A DNA stretch of 64,000 bases from Bacteroidota bacterium (GTDB lineage Bacteria; Bacteroidota; Bacteroidia; Bacteroidales; VadinHA17), in assembly GCA_018262715.1 (NCBI GenBank), contig JADFDS010000006.1, positions 7,648-71,647 of the forward strand, given 5' to 3'. Positions 31,250 through 40,344 of this stretch are shown one piece after another (positions within the stretch are counted from its first letter, which is position 1; every line of letters begins with the position of its first letter). Both the position numbers and the translations under genes were made by a program. The notes beneath the pieces were generated by a model. It saw only the letters and a program-made list of their open reading frames with translations, did no database searches and was not told the origin of the DNA.

Positions 31250-32494
31250 CTATTCTTTTTCAAATTCCGATTTGAGGATATTGACAACCTCCTTGATCGT
31301 CTCCTCCTCAAGATCTGTTCTCTTTACCAGGTCATGGACGGTCAGCCTCAGCACGCTTCGTGCCGTGTCACATCCGATGGCTTTAAGCTCATCGATGATC
31401 CATCCTTCGATCTCATCTGCAAATTCGTCGAGGTTGACGTCTTCCTCATCCTCGTTATCCGGTTCGCGGTAAACCTCAATGTCATATCCGGTGAGCTGAC
31501 CGGCAAGCTTGATGTTCAGTCCGCCCTTTCCGATTGCCAGTGACACTTCGCTTGGCTTGAGGTAGATTTCAGCTTTTTTCTCAGACTCAATGAGTTTTAT
31601 TGACGATATTTTGGCCGGGTTGAGGGCCCTGGTGATAAAGAGCTGTATGTTGGATGTGAAATTGATGACATCGATGTTTTCGTTGCGAAGTTCGCGGACG
31701 ATGCCGTGGATCCGTGATCCCTTCATGCCTACGCATGCGCCAACCGGGTCAATGCGCTCGTCATATGATTCAACGGCCACCTTGGCTCTTTCGCCGGGAA
31801 CCCTTACGATCTTCCTGATGGTGATCAGGCCGTCAAATATCTCGGGTACTTCCAGTTCGAAGAGTCTCTCGAGGAAGACGGGAGATGTGCGGCTCAGGAT
31901 AATGTTGGGGGTATTGTTCTTCATCTCCACCCTGATGACGACGGCACGGATGGTGTCACCCTTGCGGAAATGGTCAGAAGGGATCTGTTCCCCCTTGGGC
32001 AGTATCAGTTCGTTGCCATCGTCATCAAGGACGAGGGTTTCGCGCTTCCACACCTGGTAGACCTCGCCGGTGACGATGTCACCAATGCGGTCCTTGTATT
32101 TCAGATAGATATTATTCTTTTCCAGGTCGAGAATGCGTGCCACCAGGTTTTGCCTCAGGGCCAGTATTGCCCTGCGTCCGAAATCAAGGAATTTCACCTC
32201 ATCGGATACCTCTTCACCCACCTCGTAATCCTCATCAATCTTGTGAGCTTCGGAGAGCGGTATCTGGGTGTTCTCATCGGTAAAAGCCTCGTCATCAACC
32301 ACTTCGCGGTTACGCCAGATCTCAAAGTCACCTTTGTCTATGTTGACAATGATGTCAAAATTGTCGGCCGAACCGTATCTTTTGGCAAGCATGCCCCGAA
32401 ATACATCCTCGAGCACACTCATCATGGTGGGCCTGTCAATATTCTTCAGCTCCTTGAACTCCGAAAAAGTATCTATGAGATTTACATTTTCCAT
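31250..32494 (-). CDS. nusA: Transcription termination factor NusA
   Basis: LFELEVPEIFDG, DPVGACVG, SLAIGKGG.N. Confidence 0.98.
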   Translation of the reverse strand: MENVNLIDTFSEFKELKNIDRPTMMSVLEDVFRGMLAKRYGSADNFDIIVNIDKGDFEIWRNREVVDDEAFTDENTQIPLSEAHKIDEDYEVGEEVSDEVKFLDFGRRAILALRQNLVARILDLEKNNIYLKYKDRIGDIVTGEVYQVWKRETLVLDDDGNELILPKGEQIPSDHFRKGDTIRAVVIRVEMKNNTPNIILSRTSPVFLERLFELEVPEIFDGLITIRKIVRVPGERAKVAVESYDERIDPVGACVGMKGSRIHGIVRELRNENIDVINFTSNIQLFITRALNPAKISSIKLIESEKKAEIYLKPSEVSLAIGKGGLNIKLAGQLTGYDIEVYREPDNEDEEDVNLDEFADEIEGWIIDELKAIGCDTARSVLRLTVHDLVKRTDLEEETIKEVVNILKSEFEKE

Positions 32495-32511
32495 TGCTGT
32501 AATCTATACTT

Positions 32512-32961
32512 TTATTTGAATGATATAATTACTTTTACTGACTTAACATCCTCAAAATTAAATGATCTGACTGTCTCTGTGATTTCCTTCCCTGTTTTCT
32601 TTTCTGTCTTCAGGTCAAATCCGCCGGTTGTCACGTTCATCATGGTTCCTTTAAAGCGTTCGCCCTCATTGGTGACCACGTCAACCATTCTCCCCTCGTT
32701 CTTCATGAACTGCTGCAGTACCAGCAGGGGCATATCGAGCCCGGGAGATGAGACGTTCAGCTCATAATCCCCAACTTCCTCGCCGAGGTCATTGCTTATC
32801 TGCCTGCTAAGCATGGCGCAGTCATCAATTGTGACGCCCTCCGTCCTGTCAATGAGAACGGTAATGCGTCCGGTGCTGCTCAGCCTTACATCAACAAGGA
32901 AGATGCCGGTGCCGCTGATGTGCGCTTCCGCAAGTTTCCTGATATGGTCCTTTGTAATCAT
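32512..32961 (-). CDS. rimP: Ribosome maturation factor RimP
   Basis: GVTIDDC..LSR, YELNVSSPG. Confidence 0.95.
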   Translation of the reverse strand: MITKDHIRKLAEAHISGTGIFLVDVRLSSTGRITVLIDRTEGVTIDDCAMLSRQISNDLGEEVGDYELNVSSPGLDMPLLVLQQFMKNEGRMVDVVTNEGERFKGTMMNVTTGGFDLKTEKKTGKEITETVRSFNFEDVKSVKVIISFK

Positions 32962-32983
32962 AGTCTGATTTTTGATAACAAAA

Positions 32984-33038
32984 TAGGGGACTTTTGTCCC
33001 CTAGGCCATTCGTACCCTTCTGTTCGGGTGCAAAGATA
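32984..33038 (-). promoter_or_regulatory. rimP promoter -7 element and leader hairpin
   Basis: Minus-strand TATCTTTG (33031-33038) matches TAnnTTTG; perfect hairpin TAGGGGAC-AAAA-GTCCCCTA at 32984-33003. Confidence 0.65.
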
Positions 33039-33164
33039 AAACCATTTTTTCAATTATCAATGGATAGATTATATGAAAATGTGTCCGGAGAGCTGTATAT
33101 GAAGCTTTTCTTTCCCTTTTCTGGAAACTATTGAATAAATTTGTCGCCATAAAACCCAGGCTGT

Positions 33165-34397
33165 TTGACAAACAGGAGAAAGATTATCAATGACCCGGTA
33201 TACGGATTTATCAGTATACCCAATGACCTTATCTATGACCTCATGGGTCATCAGTGGTTTCAGCGGTTGCGTAACATCAGGCAGCTCGGGCTCTCAAGCC
33301 TTGTCTACCCCGGTGCGGTACACAGCCGTTTTCAGCACAGCCTCGGGGCGATGTACCTGACCGGGCAGGCTGTTCACACACTGAGGAGCAAGGGGACTGA
33401 GATCTCGGCAGAAGAGGAGGAGGGGGTTTTGGCAGCCATACTGCTGCATGACATCGGCCACGGGCCGTTCTCGCATGCTCTCGAGCACTCACTGATTGAG
33501 GACATGCCTCATGAAACCATGTCACTCCTTATCATGGAGGAGCTCAACAGATCCATGGGAGGAAGGCTGACGTCTGCCATTGCCATCTTCCGGGGAGAAT
33601 ACCAGAGGAGGTTTTTCCACGACCTGGTGACAGGGCAGATGGATATGGACAGGATGGATTACCTCAGGCGTGACAGTTTCTTTACCGGCGTGATAGAGGG
33701 TTCTGTAGGATCAGACAGGATTATCCGGATGCTGAACGTCTCCGACGACAGGCTGGTGGTTGATGAAAAGGGAATATACTCCGTTGAGAAGTTTTTGATT
33801 GCCAGGCGTATGATGTACTGGCAGGTCTACAACCACCGCACCGTGGTCTCGGCTGAGAAACTGCTCACCAGCCTTCTCGTCAGGGCAAGGCAGGTGACGG
33901 CAGCGGGACTGAAGCTGTTTGCCACGCCGGCCCTGGCCTATTTCCTGGAGCCACGCCACAACAGGGCTGAAGGGGAGGAGAGGGCATCACTGGTGGGGCA
34001 CTTCACCGCTCTCGACGAGAGTGACATACTCTCGGCAACCAAGGTCTGGATGAGCTGCGGTGACAGGGTGCTGGAAGAACTCTGCAGGAGGTTCGTAAAC
34101 AGGGACCTTCTGGCAATAGAGCTTCAGAGGACTCCGTTTGACCCGGCAAGGGTTAGTGAAACAGGACGCATGGCAAAGGAGGTGCTCGGACTGACGGATG
34201 ACGAGGTGGGGTATTTCGTCAACACCGGCGATGTGTACAACCAGACATACGCTCCCGGCACTCCTGAGGTGCGGATACTGCTGAAGAACGGCACTACACC
34301 CGATATCACCGCGGTGTCTGACCTCTTTGACAAGGAGGCGCTGTCAGATAAAGTAACGAAGTATTACCTGTGCTACCCCAAGGAAATAATTAAATAA
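33165..34397 (+). CDS. HD-domain phosphohydrolase
   Basis: DPVYGFI, HSRFQHSLG, LLHDIGHGPFSH, DMDRMDYL.RD; TTG start; upstream of lpxD. Confidence 0.9.
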   Translation: MTNRRKIINDPVYGFISIPNDLIYDLMGHQWFQRLRNIRQLGLSSLVYPGAVHSRFQHSLGAMYLTGQAVHTLRSKGTEISAEEEEGVLAAILLHDIGHGPFSHALEHSLIEDMPHETMSLLIMEELNRSMGGRLTSAIAIFRGEYQRRFFHDLVTGQMDMDRMDYLRRDSFFTGVIEGSVGSDRIIRMLNVSDDRLVVDEKGIYSVEKFLIARRMMYWQVYNHRTVVSAEKLLTSLLVRARQVTAAGLKLFATPALAYFLEPRHNRAEGEERASLVGHFTALDESDILSATKVWMSCGDRVLEELCRRFVNRDLLAIELQRTPFDPARVSETGRMAKEVLGLTDDEVGYFVNTGDVYNQTYAPGTPEVRILLKNGTTPDITAVSDLFDKEALSDKVTKYYLCYPKEIIK

Positions 34398-34410
34398 AAA
34401 AATAACTCAG

Positions 34411-35448
34411 ATGGAATTTACTGCTGCAATGATAGCCCAAATCCTGAACGGTACAGTTGAGGGCGATCCGGAAACGAAACTCAACACAGTGGCCAGGATA
34501 GAAGAGGGCGGGGCGGGTGCCCTTTCGTTCCTTGCAAACCCGAAGTACGAACCTTACCTGTACACAACAACCTCTTCGGCAGTGCTGGTGAGAAATGATT
34601 TCGCTCCGGCGAAGGAGGTTAAAGCCACCCTTATCCGGGTGGATGATCCATACCAGGCGCTTGCCAGGCTGCTAGCTTTCTATGAACAGGCCAGGCCGGC
34701 AAAGAAAGGAATACATGCCTCGGCAGTAATCGATGAAAAGGCATCGGTGGGGGCGGACGTTTTCATCGGAGCCTGTGCCGTCATCTCCGAAAACGTTGTT
34801 ATAGGTGACGGATGCTCACTTCATCCCCAGGTATTTATCGGGGAAAATGTCAAAATCGGCAGGAACTGCATGCTTCATCCCGGAGTAAAGGTTTATCGTG
34901 ATTGCGTGATCGGGAATGATTGTATAATTCATGCAGGGGCAGTGATTGGCGCTGACGGATTTGGCTTTGCGCCGGTCACCGATGCCAATTTCATGAAGAT
35001 TCCTCAGATAGGCAATGTTATCCTGGAAGATAACGTGGAGATCGGGGCCAACACCTGCGTAGACCGCGCCACCATGGGTTCGACAATTATCAGGAAGGGG
35101 GTAAAGCTCGACAACCTGATACAGGTTGGTCACAACTGCGAGATAGGAGAGAACACCGTCATAGCCGCCCAGTCGGGGCTGGCAGGATCGACCATCGTCG
35201 GAAGGAACTGCATGTTCGCCGGGCAGGTGGGTCTGGCAGGCCATCTGCGGATAGCCGATGGTGTCAAGATCGGGGCACAGTCGGGCATAATGAGCACAAT
35301 CAGTGAAGAGAACGCCACTTACCTCGGATACCCCGCAACTGACAGCAAACAATTTCTGAAAACCACTGTTTATCTTAGGAAACTGCCTGATCTGAGCAAC
35401 AGGGTTGATGCTCTCGCAAAAGCAGTTGAATCTTTAAAAAACAGCTAG
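34411..35448 (+). CDS. lpxD: UDP-3-O-(3-hydroxyacyl)glucosamine N-acyltransferase
   Basis: FLANPKY, hexapeptide repeats, IGADGFGF, KLDNLIQVGHN. Confidence 0.97.
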   Translation: MEFTAAMIAQILNGTVEGDPETKLNTVARIEEGGAGALSFLANPKYEPYLYTTTSSAVLVRNDFAPAKEVKATLIRVDDPYQALARLLAFYEQARPAKKGIHASAVIDEKASVGADVFIGACAVISENVVIGDGCSLHPQVFIGENVKIGRNCMLHPGVKVYRDCVIGNDCIIHAGAVIGADGFGFAPVTDANFMKIPQIGNVILEDNVEIGANTCVDRATMGSTIIRKGVKLDNLIQVGHNCEIGENTVIAAQSGLAGSTIVGRNCMFAGQVGLAGHLRIADGVKIGAQSGIMSTISEENATYLGYPATDSKQFLKTTVYLRKLPDLSNRVDALAKAVESLKNS

Positions 35449-35559
35449 TTCCGAAAGGCGGTCTAAAGGAAATGATTTGATCATCACGCAGATGTAGGGT
35501 TTTTGATTATGCTGTTCGGAAAATTTTCTTTTTCTTTGCCCAATTAAAACTGACCTGAT

Positions 35560-36954
35560 ATGATTGAAAAACAGAGGACGCTGGCTAATGAGGTGAGTCT
35601 CAACGGTAAGGGCCTTCATTCCGGAATTGACGTAATTGTGACCTTCAAGCCTGCTCCTCCGAACCACGGCTATAAGTTTTGTCGTACTGACCTTCCCGGC
35701 GCGCCGTTAATAGATGCGGTTGCTGACCATGTTACCGAGACTTCGAGGGGAACCACGCTGGTACAGGGTGACGCCTCTGTTGCTACAATTGAGCACGTTC
35801 TTGCAGCATTTGCAGGGATGCGCGTTGACAATGCACTGATTGAGATTAACGGACCCGAGGCTCCGATCATGGGGGGCAGTTCCCGAATGTTCGTGGAAGC
35901 CATAACGAAGGCCGGAATCATTGAACAGGAAGAGGAGCGCAACTATTATGTAATAAAGGAGAAGATAGCCTTCTCTGACGAGGAACACGGGGTTGACCTG
36001 ATAATCTACCCTGATGATCATTTCAGCGCACATGTTCTGATAGACTATAACTCGAAGATACTCGGCAACCAGTATGCCATCCTTGATCAGATCAATGACT
36101 TTGAAAAGGATATAGCAGGCAGCCGTACCTTTGTCTTCTTCCATGAACTTGAACCGCTCTTCCGGATGGGACTGATAAAAGGGGGTGATCTTGAGAATGC
36201 CGTGGTGATCCTAGAGCGTGAAGTGGAACAGGAAGAGATTGACCGCATTGCCAAGATGTTCAATAAGCCAGGTATCACTGAACACCATGCCGGCGTACTC
36301 AACAACACCAAGCTCAGGTATCCGAATGAGCCGGCGAGACATAAGCTGCTTGACCTGATAGGCGACCTTGCACTGGTGGGGCAGCCCATCAAGGGCAAGG
36401 TTGTGGCAACCCGCCCGGGGCATTATTCCAATACCAGGCTTGCCAGGCTGATCAGGCAGGAGATAAAGAGACAGACAACAAAAAAGGAGATTCCCCTTCT
36501 TGATACCACCAAGCCGGCGGTGATGGACATACAGCAGATCAAGAAGCTGCTTCCCCACCGGTTCCCTTTCCTCATGGTTGACAGGATTCTTGAGCTCACC
36601 ACCAGCCATGTGATAGGAATGAAGAACACCACTTACAATGAAGCCTTCTTCCAGGGTCATTTTGAGCAGGAGCATGTTTTCCCGGGTGTTCTCCTGGTGG
36701 AGACGATGGCGCAGGTTGGAGGAATACTTGTGCTTCACAACGTGGACGAGCCCGAAAGGTACTCAACCTATTTCCTGAAGATAGACAGGATGAAGTTCAA
36801 GCATAAGGTCATCCCGGGTGATACCATTATCATAAGGGCGGATATGACCGAACCCATCCGGAGGAACATTGTGATCATGTATTGCCAGGCTTTTGTTGGC
36901 GAAAAGCTGGTTGCGGAAGGGGAGATGACGGCACAGGTTATAAAGAACAAGTAA
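35560..36954 (+). CDS. lpxC/fabZ: Bifunctional LpxC-FabZ
   Basis: TIEHVLAA and HKLLDLIGDL (LpxC); LPHRFPFL and FFQGHF (FabZ). Confidence 0.96.
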   Translation: MIEKQRTLANEVSLNGKGLHSGIDVIVTFKPAPPNHGYKFCRTDLPGAPLIDAVADHVTETSRGTTLVQGDASVATIEHVLAAFAGMRVDNALIEINGPEAPIMGGSSRMFVEAITKAGIIEQEEERNYYVIKEKIAFSDEEHGVDLIIYPDDHFSAHVLIDYNSKILGNQYAILDQINDFEKDIAGSRTFVFFHELEPLFRMGLIKGGDLENAVVILEREVEQEEIDRIAKMFNKPGITEHHAGVLNNTKLRYPNEPARHKLLDLIGDLALVGQPIKGKVVATRPGHYSNTRLARLIRQEIKRQTTKKEIPLLDTTKPAVMDIQQIKKLLPHRFPFLMVDRILELTTSHVIGMKNTTYNEAFFQGHFEQEHVFPGVLLVETMAQVGGILVLHNVDEPERYSTYFLKIDRMKFKHKVIPGDTIIIRADMTEPIRRNIVIMYCQAFVGEKLVAEGEMTAQVIKNK

Positions 36955-36960
36955 CAAGAT

Positions 36961-37734
36961 ATGATTTCTTCACTGGCACATATTGACCCGAAGGCTCAGC
37001 TTGGCAAGGGGGTCACTGTTGAGCCGTTTGCCACCATCTATGGTGATGTTGTGATCGGCGACGGTACCTGGATCGGTTCCGGGGCGGTTATCTATGACGG
37101 TGCGAGGATAGGCAGCAACTGCCGTATCTTCAACGGCGCCTCCATCTCGGCCATTCCGCAGGATCTGAAATTCAGCGGGGAGGAGACCACCCTGGAGATT
37201 GGTGACAACACCACTGTCAGGGAGTTTGCCACTCTCAACAGGGGCACGCGTGCAAGAGGCAGGACCATCATCGGAAAGAACTGCCTGCTGATGGCTTATG
37301 TTCATGTGGCGCATGACTGCAGCCTGGGAGACAATGTGATCATGGTTGCCTCATCCGGGATAGCCGGTGAGGTGGAACTGGGGAACTGGGTGACGCTGGG
37401 CGGGGGAACCATAGTACACCAGTTTGTCCGTATCGGTAATCATGCTTTCCTGGGAGGAGGCTCAAAGGTGCGGATGGATGTACCTCCCTTCATCAAGGCT
37501 GACCGTGAGCCGCTGGCCTACATGGGAATAAACAGTGTTGGACTGGAACGGAGGGGTTTCACAAAGGAGAAGATGCATGAGCTTCATGAGATCTACAGGG
37601 CTTATTTCAATATGGGGATGAACGGCACCAAAGCGCTGGAGTACATTGGTGCCAACTTCCCGTCCACGCCGGAGCGCGATTACATTCTGGATTTTATTAG
37701 CAAATCTGCCAGGGGGGTTATCAGGGGGCGTTAA
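36961..37734 (+). CDS. lpxA: Acyl-ACP--UDP-GlcNAc O-acyltransferase
   Basis: Hexapeptide repeats, PQDLKF.GE, REF.T.NRGT, HVAHDC, HQF. Confidence 0.97.
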   Translation: MISSLAHIDPKAQLGKGVTVEPFATIYGDVVIGDGTWIGSGAVIYDGARIGSNCRIFNGASISAIPQDLKFSGEETTLEIGDNTTVREFATLNRGTRARGRTIIGKNCLLMAYVHVAHDCSLGDNVIMVASSGIAGEVELGNWVTLGGGTIVHQFVRIGNHAFLGGGSKVRMDVPPFIKADREPLAYMGINSVGLERRGFTKEKMHELHEIYRAYFNMGMNGTKALEYIGANFPSTPERDYILDFISKSARGVIRGR

Positions 37735-37745
37735 GCCCCTTTTTT
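37724..37745 (+). terminator. Terminator of the lpx operon
   Basis: GGGGC-GTTAA-GCCCC plus T-run overlapping the lpxA stop. Confidence 0.65.
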
Positions 37746-37825
37746 ATTGCCTCACTGCAAGTAAGGGAATCATGCATGACTGATCACCCCTGACCTGTGA
37801 TTCTGTATCTGTGATGAGAGGTGTA

Positions 37826-37869
37826 TAAAACACGAATGGGAACCATACTGTACGTAATAGTTCCCATTC
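37826..37869 (-). terminator. Intrinsic terminator of the candidate ncRNA
   Basis: Minus strand GAAUGGGAACUA...UGGUUCCCAUUC followed by GUGUUUUAU. Confidence 0.7.
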
Positions 37870-38421
37870 CGGCGAGTGACAGCCATGACCGTCATTGCCG
37901 CCATGCTACTGTTATTGCAGCCGGTTCATCTCTCTTACTCCTCCCTTTCCCGGTCTGTCGGGGTCTGCCGTTAAGCTGACTGCTGACCTGTTCCGGTATC
38001 TCTTCTGTTATCCGTAGTGGCCTTGCGGTTTTCCGGGCGCATACTGAGATGCGGAGTCATGAACCCTTGAAGCACGACACCCCCCGAAAGGGCAGCTGCT
38101 GTCATGCCCGGATCATCTCCATCCTATCCTCGCCGGTTCGGTTGGCATGATGACCCTCTCTCTGAACGGACACATCTGCTGCTTTATTAGCTTTCAGCCT
38201 TGCATCTGTGTTGCTTTCCTCTCGCGGCTGTTACACCGTCTGATGATTGCTCCGTCAGGCCGCCAGGATGGGAAGGCTTCTCAGCCTGCACCCGTGACGG
38301 ACGCTTCTGAACCGTAGTTCGTCAGCGTGAGACTCTGAAGTCTGATGTTAATTCAGAGTGATAATTAAACCAATCCAAAGAACCTTCATGCTTCAAAGCG
38401 ACTCTTTATCGCTCACATGGT
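37826..38421 (-). ncRNA. Candidate large (~595 nt) structured non-coding RNA, class unassigned
   Basis: No ORF of 60 aa or more in any frame; own promoter and terminator; long-range helices 38386-38396/38067-38077 and 38059-38065/37923-37929; C(UACG)G, GAGA and GCAA tetraloop hairpins; mismatches resolve as G-U only on the minus strand. Confidence 0.72.
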
Positions 38422-38425
38422 AGAA

Positions 38426-38457
38426 CAAATATAACCCGATATCCCGTAACGGTCAAG
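38426..38457 (-). promoter_or_regulatory. Bacteroidota housekeeping-type promoter
   Basis: Minus strand CTTG-N20-TATATTTG versus consensus TTTG-N19-21-TAnnTTTG. Confidence 0.7.
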
Positions 38458-38548
38458 TTTTTCAGGGCAATAATACGACGAAGAAAGTAACATAAAATAA
38501 ACAGGTTTATCAACAATGATAAATGGCTGTATCATAAGATTTTAATTT

Positions 38549-38587
38549 AAAAAGAACGAGGTTATCAACAGCTGTTGATAACCTCGT
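38549..38587 (-). terminator. Perfect 32-bp palindrome plus U-tract; terminator of the DUF4139 gene
   Basis: ACGAGGTTATCAACAG|CTGTTGATAACCTCGT (38556-38587), followed on the minus strand by TCTTTTT. Confidence 0.7.
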
Positions 38588-38612
38588 CTGTCAGTCGTTT
38601 GACAACTATCTG

Positions 38613-40220
38613 TTATTCAAGTATAACTTTCTTGTTCTTCGGGTACTTCACGCTGTAGGTAAAGACAATTTCTTTGGTTTCGCGGGGTGCAACCGGGAGG
38701 TCCCAGGTAACCTCGCCCGTGGCGCTGTGCTGTTTGCCGCCGCTGAGCTCAACGGCTTCAACGGTGATGTCGCTGTTTTGGGGCAGAGGCAGCTGGTCAC
38801 GCAGTCTCACTGTCACAGCCTTGCTCTTGTTGTTTCTGACGGATATCAGGAACGATAGGGTCTCAACCCTGTTGGCACCGATCATTTTCTGCGAGGTGAA
38901 ATCGGTGCGGCGGTCTCGCTTCACTGTAATGCTGTTGTCAGCACCGAGTGACACCGGCAGGGTATCAGTCAGCTCCGCGGTGTTGATGTATCCCTTGCCG
39001 GTGAAGGTGTTGCTGAAGTAAATGTTTGACTCACCCGGCAGGAGGTTGTATTTATCCCATTCAGTGATGTACCCCATCAGGTATGCCGAAGAGGCAATCT
39101 TGGGCGTTGCGGCATAGCTGTAGGTGGCAGGCACGGTGAGTCTCTGCAGCTCTACTGTCTCCTGCTTGCCGCCTGATGCAATGGTCTTGGGCACATTTAT
39201 ATCGAAACTGAAGCTGATGTTTGACTCTGTTACTGTAACAGGCATCGGGGCGCTTGCCTCCAGATCCATCATCACGGCATCCTCTGCCTTGGCCTGGCGG
39301 GCCGGTCTGCCCTTTGTCCCGTAACCGACGACAACCATTTCATTGAGGGCGTATTCCTGGTAGAAGTCAATGAACCATGGGTCAAGGACGGGCAGATACC
39401 CTGCTGTCATCGGTGCGGCGTTGGAGAGGCTTACTTTCACGTCCTTCCACTCCACTCCGCTGTTCTGCCAGATATTTGCCTTATAGATGATTATGGCCGG
39501 ATCGGTGATGTCATCAACCCTGATATCATATGCCGGCTGCCATCCTGCATTCATAACCACATAAGATATATTAAGCCTGCCTGTTACGGGCTTGCTGCCG
39601 GAAAGGGTCATGACAATCTCGCCGGTTGGCATCTTCGAGCGGTCGATGGTGCCGGCAAGCTGCTGGTCAAGCTTTTCCTTTTCCTCCCTGTATTCCTTCA
39701 AAATCCTGTTTTTTTTGAGAATGGCAGTTTTTACACTCTCCATGCCGGTGCCATAGATATCCATCAGGGCCTTCAGCTGGTCAGGCGTTATGGCCGACTT
39801 CTGGCTTACAACGTCATAGTTGGCCTTGAGGAATCGCTCCTTCTCCAGCAGCACCTCCGTGGCGGTTTCCTCATCCTCGATCCTGATCTGCAGGGCCTTT
39901 ATCTTGTCGCGCAGAGTGCTGATCTCATCTGACTCTGCAGGATTCTCAAGGTAATTGTTGCGGTGAGTCACACCCATTATCATGAAATCGCCCTCACCTC
40001 TCACCTGGATGCTGTTGGGATCTATATATGGCGAAAGACCTCCGGCAACGTACTCCCATGTACCGGGCTGAAGCGTGACGGCTGCATCACCGGAGAGCTG
40101 GGCACCGCGACTGAAAACCGTAACATGACTTACAGGTACCTGTATATACTTTTCCTGCCCCTCAAGAGTGGAAGAAGAAAGCACTATTGCAAAAAACGCA
40201 ACGAAGAGATATTTTTTCAT
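38613..40220 (-). CDS. DUF4140/DUF4139 (MuiA-like) exported protein
   Basis: Signal peptide MKKYLFVAFF; VTVF..GAQ, coiled coil, SYVV.NAGW.P.YDIR, QNSG.EW..V...LS. Confidence 0.85.
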   Translation of the reverse strand: MKKYLFVAFFAIVLSSSTLEGQEKYIQVPVSHVTVFSRGAQLSGDAAVTLQPGTWEYVAGGLSPYIDPNSIQVRGEGDFMIMGVTHRNNYLENPAESDEISTLRDKIKALQIRIEDEETATEVLLEKERFLKANYDVVSQKSAITPDQLKALMDIYGTGMESVKTAILKKNRILKEYREEKEKLDQQLAGTIDRSKMPTGEIVMTLSGSKPVTGRLNISYVVMNAGWQPAYDIRVDDITDPAIIIYKANIWQNSGVEWKDVKVSLSNAAPMTAGYLPVLDPWFIDFYQEYALNEMVVVGYGTKGRPARQAKAEDAVMMDLEASAPMPVTVTESNISFSFDINVPKTIASGGKQETVELQRLTVPATYSYAATPKIASSAYLMGYITEWDKYNLLPGESNIYFSNTFTGKGYINTAELTDTLPVSLGADNSITVKRDRRTDFTSQKMIGANRVETLSFLISVRNNKSKAVTVRLRDQLPLPQNSDITVEAVELSGGKQHSATGEVTWDLPVAPRETKEIVFTYSVKYPKNKKVILE

Positions 40221-40288
40221 GCTGTCGAATTTTTTATAAAGGTATTGAAAAAGAGATTTATGATCAAGGACGACAAAAACCCTGCCGT

Positions 40289-40323
40289 AAAAAAAACTGC
40301 CGGACGATTGCAATCCGGCAGTT
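40289..40323 (-). terminator. Terminator after the ECF sigma gene
   Basis: AACTGCCGGA...TCCGGCAGTT stem with a minus-strand U-run. Confidence 0.75.
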
Positions 40324-40344
40324 CATCTTCACCATCTGTTTAAC

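Noticed and set aside
29102-32767. Long plus-strand ORFs opposite infB and nusA (up to 292 aa)
   Set aside because: Antisense shadows of conserved genes with no recognisable motifs; the same applies to the other overlapping ORFs in the track
35560-36954. LpxC-FabZ fusion as a novelty
   Set aside because: Standard arrangement in Bacteroidota
37826-38421. RNase P RNA or tmRNA
   Set aside because: GAGGAAAG is followed by CAAC rather than UCC, there is no matching 3' P4 strand, and there are no tRNA-like ends or tag ORF
37826-38421. Group I or group II intron
   Set aside because: No interrupted host gene, no domain V with GUGYG 5' end, and GUUCAGAGA lacks the following CUA and a P7 partner; the unit has its own promoter and terminator
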